From the human T2T-CHM13v2.0 reference genome, Homo sapiens: DNA of 64,000 nucleotides. Below, piece after piece: positions 1 to 12,565 of the stretch. The first letter of the stretch is position 1. Each line of letters starts with the position of its first letter. The stretch lies in the NCBI RefSeq assembly GCF_009914755.1, contig NC_060928.1; one strand, given 5' to 3'. Below the pieces are notes generated by a model. It searched no databases, had not been told where the DNA came from, and saw only the letters and a program-made list of their open reading frames with translations. A program made the position numbers and the translations under genes.

Positions 1-1706
1 TGGACCTGCATGAAAAATCAAGCCCATCATTTTTCTGTGGGTTTCTATAATATGTATAAGATCCCTCAATTAACCATTGTGATCAAAATAAGTCAAGGTA
101 AATAGCAGACAGTAGGTTCTATAGACAAGGGCAACCACAAGGTTACAGTTTTGTAGCAGGTGTGGAATATATAGATAGATCATTCATAAAAGAAATTAAA
201 TTGGAAGATAACAGATACATTAAGCTATTTTATAAGAAGATATTAAAGTACTGTGCCGCTGTAAGAAAGTACATCAAATTGCTTTTTTATTCAGTATGTC
301 AGTTGAAATACGGTCACTATTCTTGGAACTTGTTCTCTTTGTAAAATTCAACATGGATCTTTTATTCCTGATATTTGGCTCCTTTCCAGGCATGTGTCTA
401 GTGAAGTATCTTGAATTACAAGCTAATAATGGATACTTGTAATAGATTTCTAGCTTTTAGAACCATTTCTTTCCGACCTTCTCTTTTCTATTCTTCTTTT
501 CTCTCTTCTTTGCAGATAAGACATGTTCTAATGTTTGCATACATTTAAAATGAGGAACTTTACAACATGCTGATGTGGGACCCATAGAATGAAAATCACA
601 GAAAAGGCTGGGGTATATATGAATTGTCTGAATTGTTTTTAATAAATAATAAAGTACAATTTCATCAACTCTCAACTTTAAGGTAATTACCTATCTAATC
701 ACTACCATAGTTCAAAACTGTAAACACATTTATTTATTTAAAATTAATGTTTGGGGCTATACTAAAGGAAATTGACAAATTACATATGGAAAAACTGTAA
801 TATATTTTCTTTTTTTAATACAGCATTCCTATACCATAATTATTTTTTAAGGTCTACTTTTCTAATAATACTGTCACTTAAATCAACAAAAACAAATGAT
901 TATTTTTAGTGTAGCATTCTTGCCTTTTAGTTAAATATTTTAATTATATAAGCATTTGCTAAAAAATTACATACCCTATATTTTATTCAGGCATCAAATG
1001 AATTAGGAAAATTTTAGTCAGCACCAAATCTTCTTAGAAACAGTATAGTTTGAAAAACCTCAATAATTTCTTTTGAAAGTTTTGACAATAAGTGGATTTA
1101 AAGCTGGCAAACATAGTTTCTTGCAAGAAAAAAGCTACATCCATCTCTCGGGTTTGATTTCCTTTTGGCCATGTGGAAAATACAAAAGAAATAAAAATCG
1201 GTCAGTACACCGAAACAAACCAACAAACAACAAAACAAAAAGACAAACTTCCTTTCAAGGTTATATAAATAATATTCGTTTTATTTTTCTAATTTATTTG
1301 TCATGTTGGTTTATTATTGCTGAATTTATCCTCTGACTACTAAATATAGAAGATGTCTCAATTTTCATTACAAACTGCCCCCTTCTAGAAAAGCAAAACA
1401 GCAACACTCACAGAATACTTGTCTAAACTTAAGGTTTGATGCTTTTAGAGAGTCTTGTTATTTACTAGGCATTGGGTACAAGGTACTCAATACATTTTGT
1501 ACCAATGAGGCATAAAAATCTACATTTTATTTGGTAAATGTATTTGATATATAACTTCAGATAAGATCTCTCTATAGAAGAAAAAAATTAACACTTGCAT
1601 TAATCTTGCCAGAAAAGTTATTTCTACTAAAATAGTAAAAATAAGAAATTATCTTACTAGAAAACAGAGATTTCTTTCCAACTTTTTTATTCAATTGAAA
1701 GCAGAT

Positions 1707-2180
1707 GTCCAGGCTCACACCTGTAATCCCAGCACTTTAGGAAGCCTAGGCAGGAGAATTGCTTGAGGCCAGGAGTTCAAGACCAGCCTGGGCAACAAAG
1801 CGAGAGATGGTCTCCACAAAAAATAAAATGAAATCAATAAGCCAGGCATAGTGGCATGTGGCTGTGGTCCCAGATACTCTAGAGACTGAGGCAGGAGAAT
1901 CCTTTGAGTTCAGGAGTTTGAGGCTGTAGTGAGCTATGAAATGATCTCACCACTGTGCCCAAGCCTGGGCAACAAAGTGAGAGATGGTCTCTACAAAATA
2001 TAAAATGAAATAAATTAGCCAGGCATAGTGGCACATGGCTGTAGTCCCAAATACTCTAGAGGCTGAGGCAGGAGGATACTTTGAGTTCAGGAGTTTGAGG
2101 CTGCAGTGAGCTGTGATATGATCACACCACTGTGCTCCAGCCTGGGCAACAGAAGGAGACCCTGTTCTCTAAAGAAAAAG
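1707..2180 (+). mobile_element. AluJ-like SINE with internal 177-bp tandem duplication (three arms)
   Basis: ctcacacctgtaatcccagcac left arm, A-rich linker, then two successive right arms ending in agcctgggcaaca; J-type gcttgaggccaggagtt and ctgtagtgagctatga. Confidence 0.95.
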
Positions 2181-2259
2181 AGTGGAAACATTAAATTAAA
2201 GGAAATAACCAACTATGGATGCACACATGGAAGTATTTCTGTGTATTTAATGAAGACTA

Positions 2260-2569
2260 TGTGTACATATATCTAAGACTATATATGTATACACACACAC
2301 ACATACACACATACTATATATCTGTGTATGTATGTATTATTTTCACAGAGAAAGAGTATGCCTATATATATAGACATACATATTATATACACGTATATAT
2401 ATACACACATATATCATATATCTTCATATATTATATATAATATGTGCATATATAATATATAATATGTGTGTGTATGCTTATGTATGTATATATACATATA
2501 TATGTAGACATACTCTTTCATTATAGTCTCCTTTCCCAGAGAAAGAGTATGTCCATATATATATTTTAT

Positions 2570-2601
<32 letters not shown>

Positions 2602-2641
2602 CTGCACATACTGTTTCTCTGGGAGAGGAGACTATAATGAA
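2260..2641. repeat. (TA)n/(CA)n low-complexity tract with embedded inverted repeats
   Basis: Alternating TA/CA/TG runs; inverted arms at 2517-2562 and 2596-2641. Confidence 0.9.
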
Positions 2642-3769
2642 TGTGCATAAAGAGCTATTTTGACTTATTTTTCACATAAATGTTATGTGTTTACTGTATA
2701 TTTTACAATTGTCTGTAATATAAGACAAGGGAGGGACCCATCCTGGAGACAAGGATGGAATAACTCTAGCATTCTATAATTTACATATAGAAAAATGAGA
2801 TTTAAAAAATGTTCCTGTCACATAGAATTCCATTCTGTTACATTGGCATTCATGTTATTTATAGCTTCCTGTAAGTGGAACATATTTTTTTCTTCCTGGG
2901 GATTTCCAGCTTAGGCTATGATTTGCAACTAATTATCTCAGGGATTTTAGCTAATATTTGCAAAGAAATCATACAGCAATAAAAACTTTATGAAGACTTT
3001 GGAATAAAATAGACAAATAATTATGATTTTGGGGATAGTAAATTTATTTTCAGTACTAAAGTACTAATGTAGGGTAAACTCATTTAAAATCCTGATTTAC
3101 ACAGAAGTTTGCATTGCTATAGAAAAAAAAGGAAGTGGCCTATTTAAATTATACAGCAAAAATCTACCCAGAGGGGTCAGGGAAACAGAAAAAAAATAGC
3201 GTAATTATAAAAATGCTTGGAATGCTGCCATTAAAGAATGAATTGTATATATTTAATGTGATAATCATAAAAAATGAGACATTTAATGATGAAATATACT
3301 TGACTTGTTGAAAAAGTTACCTGAAAAGTCTTATACCCATGTATTTTGAAATTGTTTCTATAGCTATTCTATTATAAGCAGTTTGCATGACACCAATTGA
3401 GATTTTAGATAGGAAAGAAAGACAGGAATGTACAAGATGACAAAAGAAGAGAAGTGGAGAGGAGGATGGGACAGGACTGGACTGAACTGAGCAGAAGGCA
3501 AGGGAAGGGAAAGCACAACTACACGTAAGCCAGTTAGATAATCACACCTATATTTTGCAATTCCACATCGATTTTTATCTTAACAAAAAATGTTATGTTT
3601 AAAATATTAAATGAGAATACATTTTTTTCTGTCACTTACCCACGATGTAGAGAAAGCTATAAAACTTGAGATATGTAATGTATTCTATAAAATTAATAAT
3701 GTACTTTTCTTAAATGATATCACAGAAAAATGATCTCTTAGAATTGGAGTATCATTTAGTTTTCTGATA

Positions 3770-3995
3770 AATGTCCCTTTACAGAGGCCTCTCCAGCCAC
3801 TCATTCACTTTCTCTCACTTGATTTTAAGTTCCTGCACAGGATTTACCCCTACCTGGCAAATACTTGTTTATTTATGTGTTTGTTTCTTATATGTGTCTC
3901 AGTTCTAGAATATAAGCTAATGTGAGAGGAGAGAAATTCTCTTGCATGCACAGCAAAGGCAATCAATATTTATTAGAAGAATGGATAAATAAATA
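3770..3995 (+). mobile_element. L2 LINE 3' remnant
   Basis: ctagaatataagct...caatatttattagaagaatggataaat resembles the L2 3' terminus. Confidence 0.65.
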
Positions 3996-4519
3996 TAATT
4001 TAATGTGATGAAGTTCCTTTTCAATGAAACTGTGTTTTTCCATATCACCAATGATAATACCTTGTCACCATAAGTTGACCTGAATATATGTCAATGGCTG
4101 ACCCTCCAGACTTGGCAATGAGAAAGTTCCTTTAAGTTTCATTCTTGTTCTTTCTCATAATGGAAACAGCGCTACTTCATGCCCTTGTCTTTTTCTGTCA
4201 GAAAATCAGAATGCATAAACTCAGCAAACTACCAGTTGCTTTATTGTGCAAATAAATCCAATCCACATCGCACTTTATGATGAAATGCCAAGTCCATGAC
4301 AGTTGTAGAATACATCCTTACAGAGGTGTACTGTGAAATCCCACGTGATGATTCCCAGTGTGTTTTATAGGTTTTATTGACATAATAAGTAAGATATGTC
4401 TGTCAAATGGAAACATATAACACAAACCATGGAACACTTTGTCCCTATCAATCAAGAATTGCCATGAAAATACATATATAAAAATCATATTTTACAAGCG
4501 TGACACGTCAAATCCTTGC

Positions 4520-4800
4520 ACCTCCATTAAGGCCCAGTACAAATTCCAACTCCTTTATTAATTCTTCTAAAATCTCACACTACCCAGAATCTGTCTCTGA
4601 ACTCCCTCATAAGCCTTTACCCATGTCTGCATTATATCATTTAACACGTTCTTTTCTAGAAGAGTAAAACTATTAGTATATTGGTCTTTAATACATAACT
4701 TTATATCATAAAGTCTCTAAAGGTAGTGACAATGTTTGTTTTCTTTGCACTTTCCAAACTACCCAGCATAATGCCTTATTCATAGGAGAATCTTTAGAAA
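4520..4800 (+). mobile_element. L2 LINE 3' remnant
   Basis: aaggcccagtacaaattccaactcct...cccagcataatgccttattcatagg. Confidence 0.55.
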
Positions 4801-5480
4801 TATTAATTATAGATCACTTTTGTAAGTACAGACTTTATTTAACACATAAAATGTCAATATCTAATTTAAATTTATTTTGAAATTGAATGTATTAGTTATG
4901 TTCATGTGTACACGCTTTCAGTTTCACAGATTAATTTTATGGTATGGTTACCAAGATACATAGCTTCTGGTGACAGAAAAGATGGGCCTGGAATGGCGGA
5001 TGAGTTTAATATAATTCATTTTATTTTATGCAACTAAATCACTCCAGGCCAACATTCCACCTGCCAAATTCAACCAACTATTACAAAAATGTAATGAAGT
5101 GGTTTCTCAATGTCCAAGGACATTAAAGTAACAGCTATTAATGACCAATGTTCAGGTTCTTTCTACTTTTTCATTCACAATTATTAGATTATGAGGACCA
5201 TATGGATCTTTATAACCACTTTCTGGGTGGACTGTTTTGACTAAGAAACAGGTTGTGAACATTCTTTTAGGTGTTTTTGAATAATTTCTTCAGAAAATTT
5301 GGCTCCTGTTAATTTTAGAAGCATATGACTTACTACATGAGCTTGCTAAGCAAGTAACTGAAAAAGACAGATCTTTTTTTTTTTTTTTTTGCAGAACATC
5401 ACTATTGCTTTTATTAGACAGGAGAGGGGGAAAGGCCATCATCTAAACCAATGATTCAGCCACAGATTGTGCATTGAGCA

Positions 5481-5494
5481 ACTCCAGGGGGCAC
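5481..5494 (+). promoter_or_regulatory. CTCF-like core motif
   Basis: ACTCCAGGGGGCAC versus consensus CCASYAGRKGGCRS; motif match only. Confidence 0.35.
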
Positions 5495-5760
5495 CACTTA
5501 CAAAGGCTACAGTGGGATTGGTGCTCTTGGACCCCTGGAATGCAGTGGTATCAGTAGGAAGTAGCAGGTTATCACAAGCAATGTTATAGTAAGATGGGTA
5601 GCATTTGTTAAGGAAATAATAATTTTGTGGTCTGTTTGTATAAAATTAAATGGACAAAATAACCCTGGAATCCATTTGTAGGATAATTTCATTGAAAAGA
5701 CTCTTACATGAGCTGTCTCAATACAGTGTCTCAAAGCAAATAATTGAGTATAAGGGCTAT

Positions 5761-5963
5761 TGTGTGTGTGTGTGTGCGTGTGTGCATGTGTGTGTGCTCG
5801 GTGTGTGTGTGTGCTGGGTGTGTGTGCTGGGTGTGTGTGTGTGCTGAGTGTGTGTGCATATGTGTGTGTGCTGGGTGTGTGTGTGTGCTGTGTGTGTGTA
5901 CTGGGTGTGTGTGCATGTGCTGGGTGTGTGTATGTGTTTGTGTGTGTGTGTGAGAGAGAGAGA
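5761..5963. repeat. Compound (TG)n microsatellite with recurring CTGG interruptions, ending in (GA)n
   Basis: About 200 bp of TG runs punctuated by gctgg/gcat, seen directly. Confidence 0.97.
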
Positions 5964-6329
5964 GTTGGGTATTCTTCTTGTTTACAACACTGAGCTCTTC
6001 TGGACTATGTGTGACAGGAAGATTTATTTAATTTGTGTGAAAACCCATTTAAGAGAAGCGTTAGCAATGTTGCCAGTGGTGTCAGAGAAGTACACCCAGT
6101 TAGCCAACTGTAAAAGCTGCCCAAGAAGCAGTTATTATGCACCTTTACCTTCTAGGCATAGTCTGAATCTTACTATCTTCCAAATGTCTGCTTTTAATTC
6201 TATCTTTTGGATTGGAGTTAACATAAGACATAATTTATGGGACTAATCCAAAATTGAATTAAGTAATAGTTATTCTTATTTTTTTAAAAAATAATTTACA
6301 TCCATTTGATGCACAGCATTGTGATAAGG

Positions 6330-6475
6330 GCTATACTGTAAGCTCAATACAGCAAGGACTTTGTTAGCTGTTTTTGTTCATATATACACTGGTCCCATAG
6401 AGATGGGAGGATCTAAACAGTTCCCTGCACATAATGCCTAACAGACTTTCGGAATCACTTATTGACTGAATGAAG
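6330..6475 (+). mobile_element. L2 LINE 3' remnant
   Basis: ctatactgtaagctc...gcaaggactttgt...ttattgactgaatgaa. Confidence 0.6.
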
Positions 6476-7949
6476 ATATCCAGAGTAGAAGAAATTAAGT
6501 AGAATAATCTTTTATTTAATAAAGTTTCTGATATGAAGATTCATTTGACACACACACATATATATATGCATATGCACACATACCTACATACACACTATCA
6601 CCACCACTACCACCAAAAAGCAACAATAATGATCGTATAATGAAAGCAGTGTCATCTATTTGATTGGCTGTTGTAGTGAAAACAATATAGAGAGAAAAAA
6701 ATAAAATAAAATTAATACTTAGCTCAAGGCGGGGATAGATAAAGAACTCTTTTTAGAGTTGAGGGTACATTGATTTTATCTTTGAATATAGATACAATGA
6801 TGATCAATAGATAAGAGGCTTGTAATCATGGCAGCATTCAAGTGGCATTACTAATACAGGACTTCTTTTTTTTCTGAAAACTAATATAATGATACCTATA
6901 CCCAATAATGTTAAGCAATAAAACTTTCCACTTACCTGAGTAACTCAAAGACAATTTCAGTCTTGTTTTAATTATAAATTAGACAGTTTTAATAATCCCC
7001 AGATTTGTAACATCAAAGTGTGAAACTTTATTTTTCAAACCTTTGGCATTTTTCAATCTTATGAATATTTGGAAACCTTAATTAACTTGGTGAAAAGGCT
7101 GAAAAAGAAGATTATCAGCATGTGGTGATTGACAGGATAATGAAAATTTTCTTCTGCAAAATTCTGATATGTTTAGTCTGACTTGAGTTTCTCCCTATAT
7201 CACTACTTATCTCATTTTTATTTTTAGTTCAGCTGAATCACTAAAAGGAAATATTCACCAATGTAACTTGGGGAGAAAGATTCTGATCAGAAAACCACGA
7301 TGTTTGAACCTAGTCAAATTTTAAGTAGAAGTGAACTACATCTATCTAAGACAACATTCTTGATTCCTTTAAACCTTTTCCTCACTTACTACCAGTATCC
7401 TTAAACTTCAATTTACCTGGCATGTACCTGTCTCTATATCAACATCTTTCAATTCAGGACCTATATATGATATCTAGCTTTCTCTTTCCTTGGTTTGATC
7501 ATTTTCAATCCCAAAATAAAAGCAAAGCCTTGAGGCTATTCCCATTTTATTCTGCATTCCTGTAAGATTTGACATAAAGTTTCTCTAAGTCGTGTATATT
7601 TCGATAGAATAAGGAAATTGAGCCAAAATCTGCAACTACCTGGCACTCTAAATCCACTGACAATTTGCAGCATCTCATTTGTAATACCTGACAGAAATTG
7701 AGGCAGCTGTTTGCTTATGTATTTGTTTTTACAAACTGCTTCTCCAACCATGATTTTCTATTTCCTAGCAACTTCATAAAAATACCAGAATATACTTTTG
7801 AAAATAAAATCCTTATGTATTAAAAAATCAGAAAATGGCCAAGAGATATAGGGAAATGAAATATCTCTAGCCTTGCTTTTTCACCACATAACTAGCAAAA
7901 GTGAAAATATAGGTATGGTATACAGTGTCATTAAAGCTTAAGATAAATA

Positions 7950-8330
7950 GGCACTTTGATTTATACTTGGTGAGAGTGTATATATCTGCACAACTTTTAA
8001 TGGAGTAGTTCAGAAATATGTATCACAGGTAAACTGTATATGACTATTGACTCAACATTCCATTTTGAGGATTGATCCTAAGAAGGGAATTAGTACTCAA
8101 AATGTATTTACCTAAATGTCCATTACACCATTGTAGGTAACTGCAAAGAAAAAAAAAGATAAATGTCTATATATATGTGGGCATAGTTACACAAATTATG
8201 ATATATTTATAAAATTAAATATATAGTCTTAAAATGATTTGCTAGAGTTATATTTATTAACATAAGAGCTTTTCAAAAATTAAAAAGCATGATCATATTT
8301 CATTTATTTAGTAAAAATGTTGATTAAATT
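7950..8330 (+). mobile_element. Old L1M (L1ME-like) fragment
   Basis: ttggtgagagtgta...ttgactcaacattccattttgaggattgatcctaaga resembles the L1 ORF2 end/3' region. Confidence 0.65.
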
Positions 8331-8398
8331 TTACCTTGCATGAGGCCACATGTCTGGGCCAGGGGATAAAATGATTAGCCTACAGAAATAGGATTCCT

Positions 8399-8675
8399 GG
8401 CCAGGCATGGTGGCTCGTGCCTATAATCTCAGCACTTTGGGAGGCCAAGGCGGGTGGATCATCTGAGGTCAAGAGTTAGAGACCAACATGGTAAAACCCC
8501 GTCTCTACTAAAAATACCAAAAATTATCCGGGTGTGGTGGTGGATGCCTGTAATCCCAGCTACTTGGGAGGCTGAGGCAGGCTTTAACCCAGGAGGTGGA
8601 GGTTGCAGTGAGCCCAGATTGTGGCATTAAACTCCAGCCTGGGGACAGAGCGAGACTCTGTCAAAAAAAAAAAAA
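8399..8675 (+). mobile_element. AluS SINE with small internal deletions
   Basis: Dimeric Alu, poly(A) tail, TSD agaaataggatt(c/t)ct at 8384-8398 and 8676-8690. Confidence 0.97.
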
Positions 8676-10444
8676 AGAAATAGGATTTCTGCCTTTGTGG
8701 AACCCACAGTTAACTACAGGAGAGGAACCATTCATTAAAGACACATATACACACATGTACAGACACGCACATGCACACACACCCACAGGTACGCATGTAA
8801 TAACATAAGAGAAGAATTCTGTTAGCTGCCTGGAAGAATAGTACCTGGTATGCTAGGAGTGGGGAGCTGGGGATATTGTTTTGATGAGAGAAGCAAAGAA
8901 GGTAGAGGTCTTTACAAGCAGAAGTAAAATGTTTCATTTTGAAAGCAATTTTGCAAACAAAATGAAGTAAGTGGCTTGTTATTGAAACAGAAATAACCGT
9001 GGCCTGGTATTAAGGAAAAAATAGAAAAGTAAATGTATCCATGTGTAAAAACTATACAGACCCCTAGTCCCATTGATCCTGGACACCCCATAGAAACAAA
9101 CAAAAACTAACCTAATTTTTCATCTGTGTTTCCATTTCAACGTTGTAAAAGCTGAGGATCAACATAAACAGTGGCATTCCTCAGAAAATCCCAACACAGG
9201 TCAGAATGAATGGAATCTCTTAGTGAGAATTCTATCATGCAGTGACTATAAATTCTTTAGAGATAAAAAGCATTTTCCCTTCATTATTTGGATTTTATTT
9301 CAAGGTACAGGTACGTGAGATTCTCTCCTCTCTCTCTCCCTCTCTCGCACGCGCGTGCACATGCACGTTCACCCTTGCTATGTGTGTGTATGTGTGTGTT
9401 TGTGTCTGATATGAGTACTTAAGAGACACTGGATATTAAAACAGCTTCTAAAGTGTAGGCGAATCAAGTTCTAATTCACAATTGCACTGTAAACTTCGGA
9501 GTCACTGCGGTTGTTAAGCCCTCTTAAGCTCTTCTCTGATATCCAGTGCTGGCTTCCAGAACAAAGAAAACAATTAAAAAGCAAGAAAAAAAAGTACTTC
9601 AGGACCTGTGTGCAGAAGGGTGTGGATTCAGAAACTAAACACTTTGTCTTCTATAAAGTGGCACAAGCCATAACACCCCAGCAATCTTAGTTTAGTAAAT
9701 TAACAGTAGGATTCTCTCTACTTTAATTCAAATGCAATCCAGGCCTAATTACTACTGTTCACAGCACACTAGCCATTTCTTTGAGTAATGCAGGGCTGTA
9801 TATATTCCCACTGTGAAATCCATGTTTGATTAGGATTCACATTGATTTCTACCCACTGATTGTGTGTAAAGATTCTCATCCAAATTGATTTATTTTTTTC
9901 TCCTCCTCCGTTTTCTTTATTTTGCCTTCTGAATGGTAGAACTCAAGAAGATATTTGTGTGTATTGGAAGAAAATATTTCCTATGTTTACATTTGAAAAT
10001 AAAAATAACACATTATGAAAATATTCTGAGAAATATGTGGACCAACGAATGTTTCATACATGTTTAATCAGTTTATAAGATAAAACTGTGCATGGGAAAA
10101 GAAAACATAAGTCTTGATTACATTTGACAGTTTTGTTGATTAAGTCATGGGATAAGGGTCTCCAATGGCACTAGGCCCAGAGAATTAGATGCCATTACCT
10201 CTAATTCATTAAGACACTTTCAGTTGTTATCTCAAGTGGTCTTACATAGCCCCTAGGGAAATGCAGGTTATAACTACCAGAAACTAGATTCATCACCACA
10301 CAAACAAAAATTCTTCATTTCCTGATTTCTCTTTCAGACCTTCTATGGAGGAATTGTCTCGACCAACATGGGCTAGAAAGAAACTAATCAAATGAAAGGA
10401 CTATATTTCTTTGAAAAAGGCAGTTCTGACCTTTTGTATGGTCA

Positions 10445-10830
10445 GAAATATGCTAACTGTTGTAATCAACAGCCCCAGAATTTTAGTGCTTTAACCCAAC
10501 ATACATTGACTGTTTGCTTATATAATTCAGTGTGGGTGTCCTGGGGGTGGCTTTCTGCGGGACTCAAAGACCCAGATTCCTTACCTCTTGTAATTCCAGC
10601 CTCTCTCAAGACTTTGGAGTCTTTTCTGTTCCTCAAGGAGATAAGGAAAAGGAAGTGCAGCACCAATACTTTTTTTAATGGGTCAGTCTTGGGAGTGGCA
10701 CACTTCTTCAGGTCCAGAGACACGAGTGTCTCTAATTTCAAGGAAGGTGAGTAAATATGGTCTAATCTAGAGATGTGGAAGGGGAAAAATATGGTTGGAT
10801 GAGCATCTAGTGAGTTGCTATGACAGAAGA
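10445..10830 (-). mobile_element. MLT1 (J/K-like) MaLR solo LTR
   Basis: tgctaactgttgtaatcaacagccccagaattttagtgctttaacccaaca resembles the reverse-complemented MLT1 3' end. Confidence 0.7.
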
Positions 10831-12374
10831 AAATTCACTGAGGAAGTTATTTTCTTTTGGAAATAAAAAGATACAAAATAAAAACAAAACAGCAACGTTC
10901 ATCTTTGTAAAGTGTATCTTTAGTTTTGAAATTATAAGGTGAATGTACCTTTGGTTAGGTTAGGCAACTTAACACAGCTTATTTTGCTTAATGGATGTTC
11001 TAGGGATAATTATTGTCGTTTAAATATGTGAAATAAAGAACACTTCCTTTGAATTACCTTTTAAGGAAGTCAGTGTTTAAACTGCAAAGGCTTCTTAATA
11101 GTTAATAGTAGTGAGAGTTGATTTTCTGTAGCAGTAGACTCTGTTTGCAACAGATTGTATGAGAGTGCCCTTTGGGGATTAATAATAATTTTTAAAAATC
11201 TCATGTGTTTAATGTGGAAAACACCTCCTAGGTTTACTGATAAAGGTATTCTTAGCACCATGGAGATTTTGTGATTTTTCACAGTTGATGATGATTATTT
11301 CTAACGGTAGAGTAAGTAATGACTTTAAAAATTCACACTATAAGCTTGAAAATTCCTAGTGCTTAGTTTTATTGTACATAATTTTGCTTACTGTATCATT
11401 AAATCTATTTAGGTAATGAGGCAAAACATTTTCTGAAGCTTGGTGGGAAAGTAAAATACTTTAAGAATAATGCATGACTGAATATTTCGTACATTTCTTA
11501 TATGTTTATTTAATTGAAACGTACTCTTGGATCAGAGATAGACCACATAAATGTCAAAAAGAGATTTTAACCCAGGTATTGCAAGTGTAAATCATATTTA
11601 TCATCAGGAGAGGTGAGGAGAATGTTTAAACCTTCCTCCATTCCTACTTTCAGTTTTTCCATAGAAAAAAGTATGAATACCAAATTTGTCTGTATTTTGA
11701 TAACTGTTGATTGAAAACTATTATGAGTAGGCTACCTGGTTAGAAAAATACAGAGTTGAGTCAAACTTGGCCCTTGTCTTTCAAAAAGCTTACACATAGG
11801 GGTAGAAATTATGACTAAGTGTCATAAGCTGCTGTGCAAGGTAGAATAATACGGTGAGTGTGATAAGGAAAATGAAAATAAAATAGACCAACAGTTAAGA
11901 TGAAGGAAAAGCACGGGAAAGATAAAGGAGAAACAGGAAATGGAAGTAACATAATCAGGTAAATTATGCCAACTATCTTTGCTCAGAACAAGGGGATTGC
12001 GTTCATAGGTAAAGGAAATGAGAGCGAAACCGGCAAATGTTTGCAATGGACATTGAAACAAAACTTAAGACATGTTAGTATGGCACTTCTGAATTTAAGG
12101 AGATAGTGGGCTAGGCAGTGAGGTCAAGGTTTAAAAGCAGAGCATTTAATTGGCAAAGCATATGTGGAATGAAAAAGTACAGTCTTTGACTCTCCCATTC
12201 AGACCTGATTATTGGCAACACCAGAATCGCAGTTTGCATGGAAGCTGGTTATGGTTTAAAGAGGTCTGGAGGTTGTAAAAATAGACTATGACACTCAGAT
12301 GAGGCTCCTGCGTGTATTTTATATTTCACTATCCCTATTCTTGTCCTGACATCTAAAGCTTCCCCTTCTAAAAG

Positions 12375-12565
12375 AATTGCTGGGAAGAACAACAATTTTA
12401 TAGTCAGACAGACCTGAATCAAATTCCTGCTCTCTCTCTAATTTAGCAGTATAATTTCAACATTTCTTTTTTTAAACCTAAAATTACCTGAAGTAAAACT
12501 GAGGAGAATTCCTCATTTGCAGGACTATTGTTAGGAGTAAGCAAAATAATATGTGTGTGCAGGTA
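12375..12565 (+). mobile_element. MIR SINE
   Basis: agtcagacagacctgaatcaaattcctgctct and core gtaaaactgaggagaat...ttgttaggagtaag. Confidence 0.75.

Noticed and set aside
3410-3515. Purine-rich stretch with apparent 5-bp periodicity
   Set aside because: It is most simply a decayed (GGAAA/GGACT)-type microsatellite.
5650-6246. Cys/Val- and His/Thr-rich ORFs
   Set aside because: They are translations of the (TG)n tract, not metal-binding proteins.
9427-9548. 10-bp inverted repeat cactggatat/atatccagtg
   Set aside because: The arms are short and about 100 bp apart with little pairing between them; compatible with chance or a decayed repeat.
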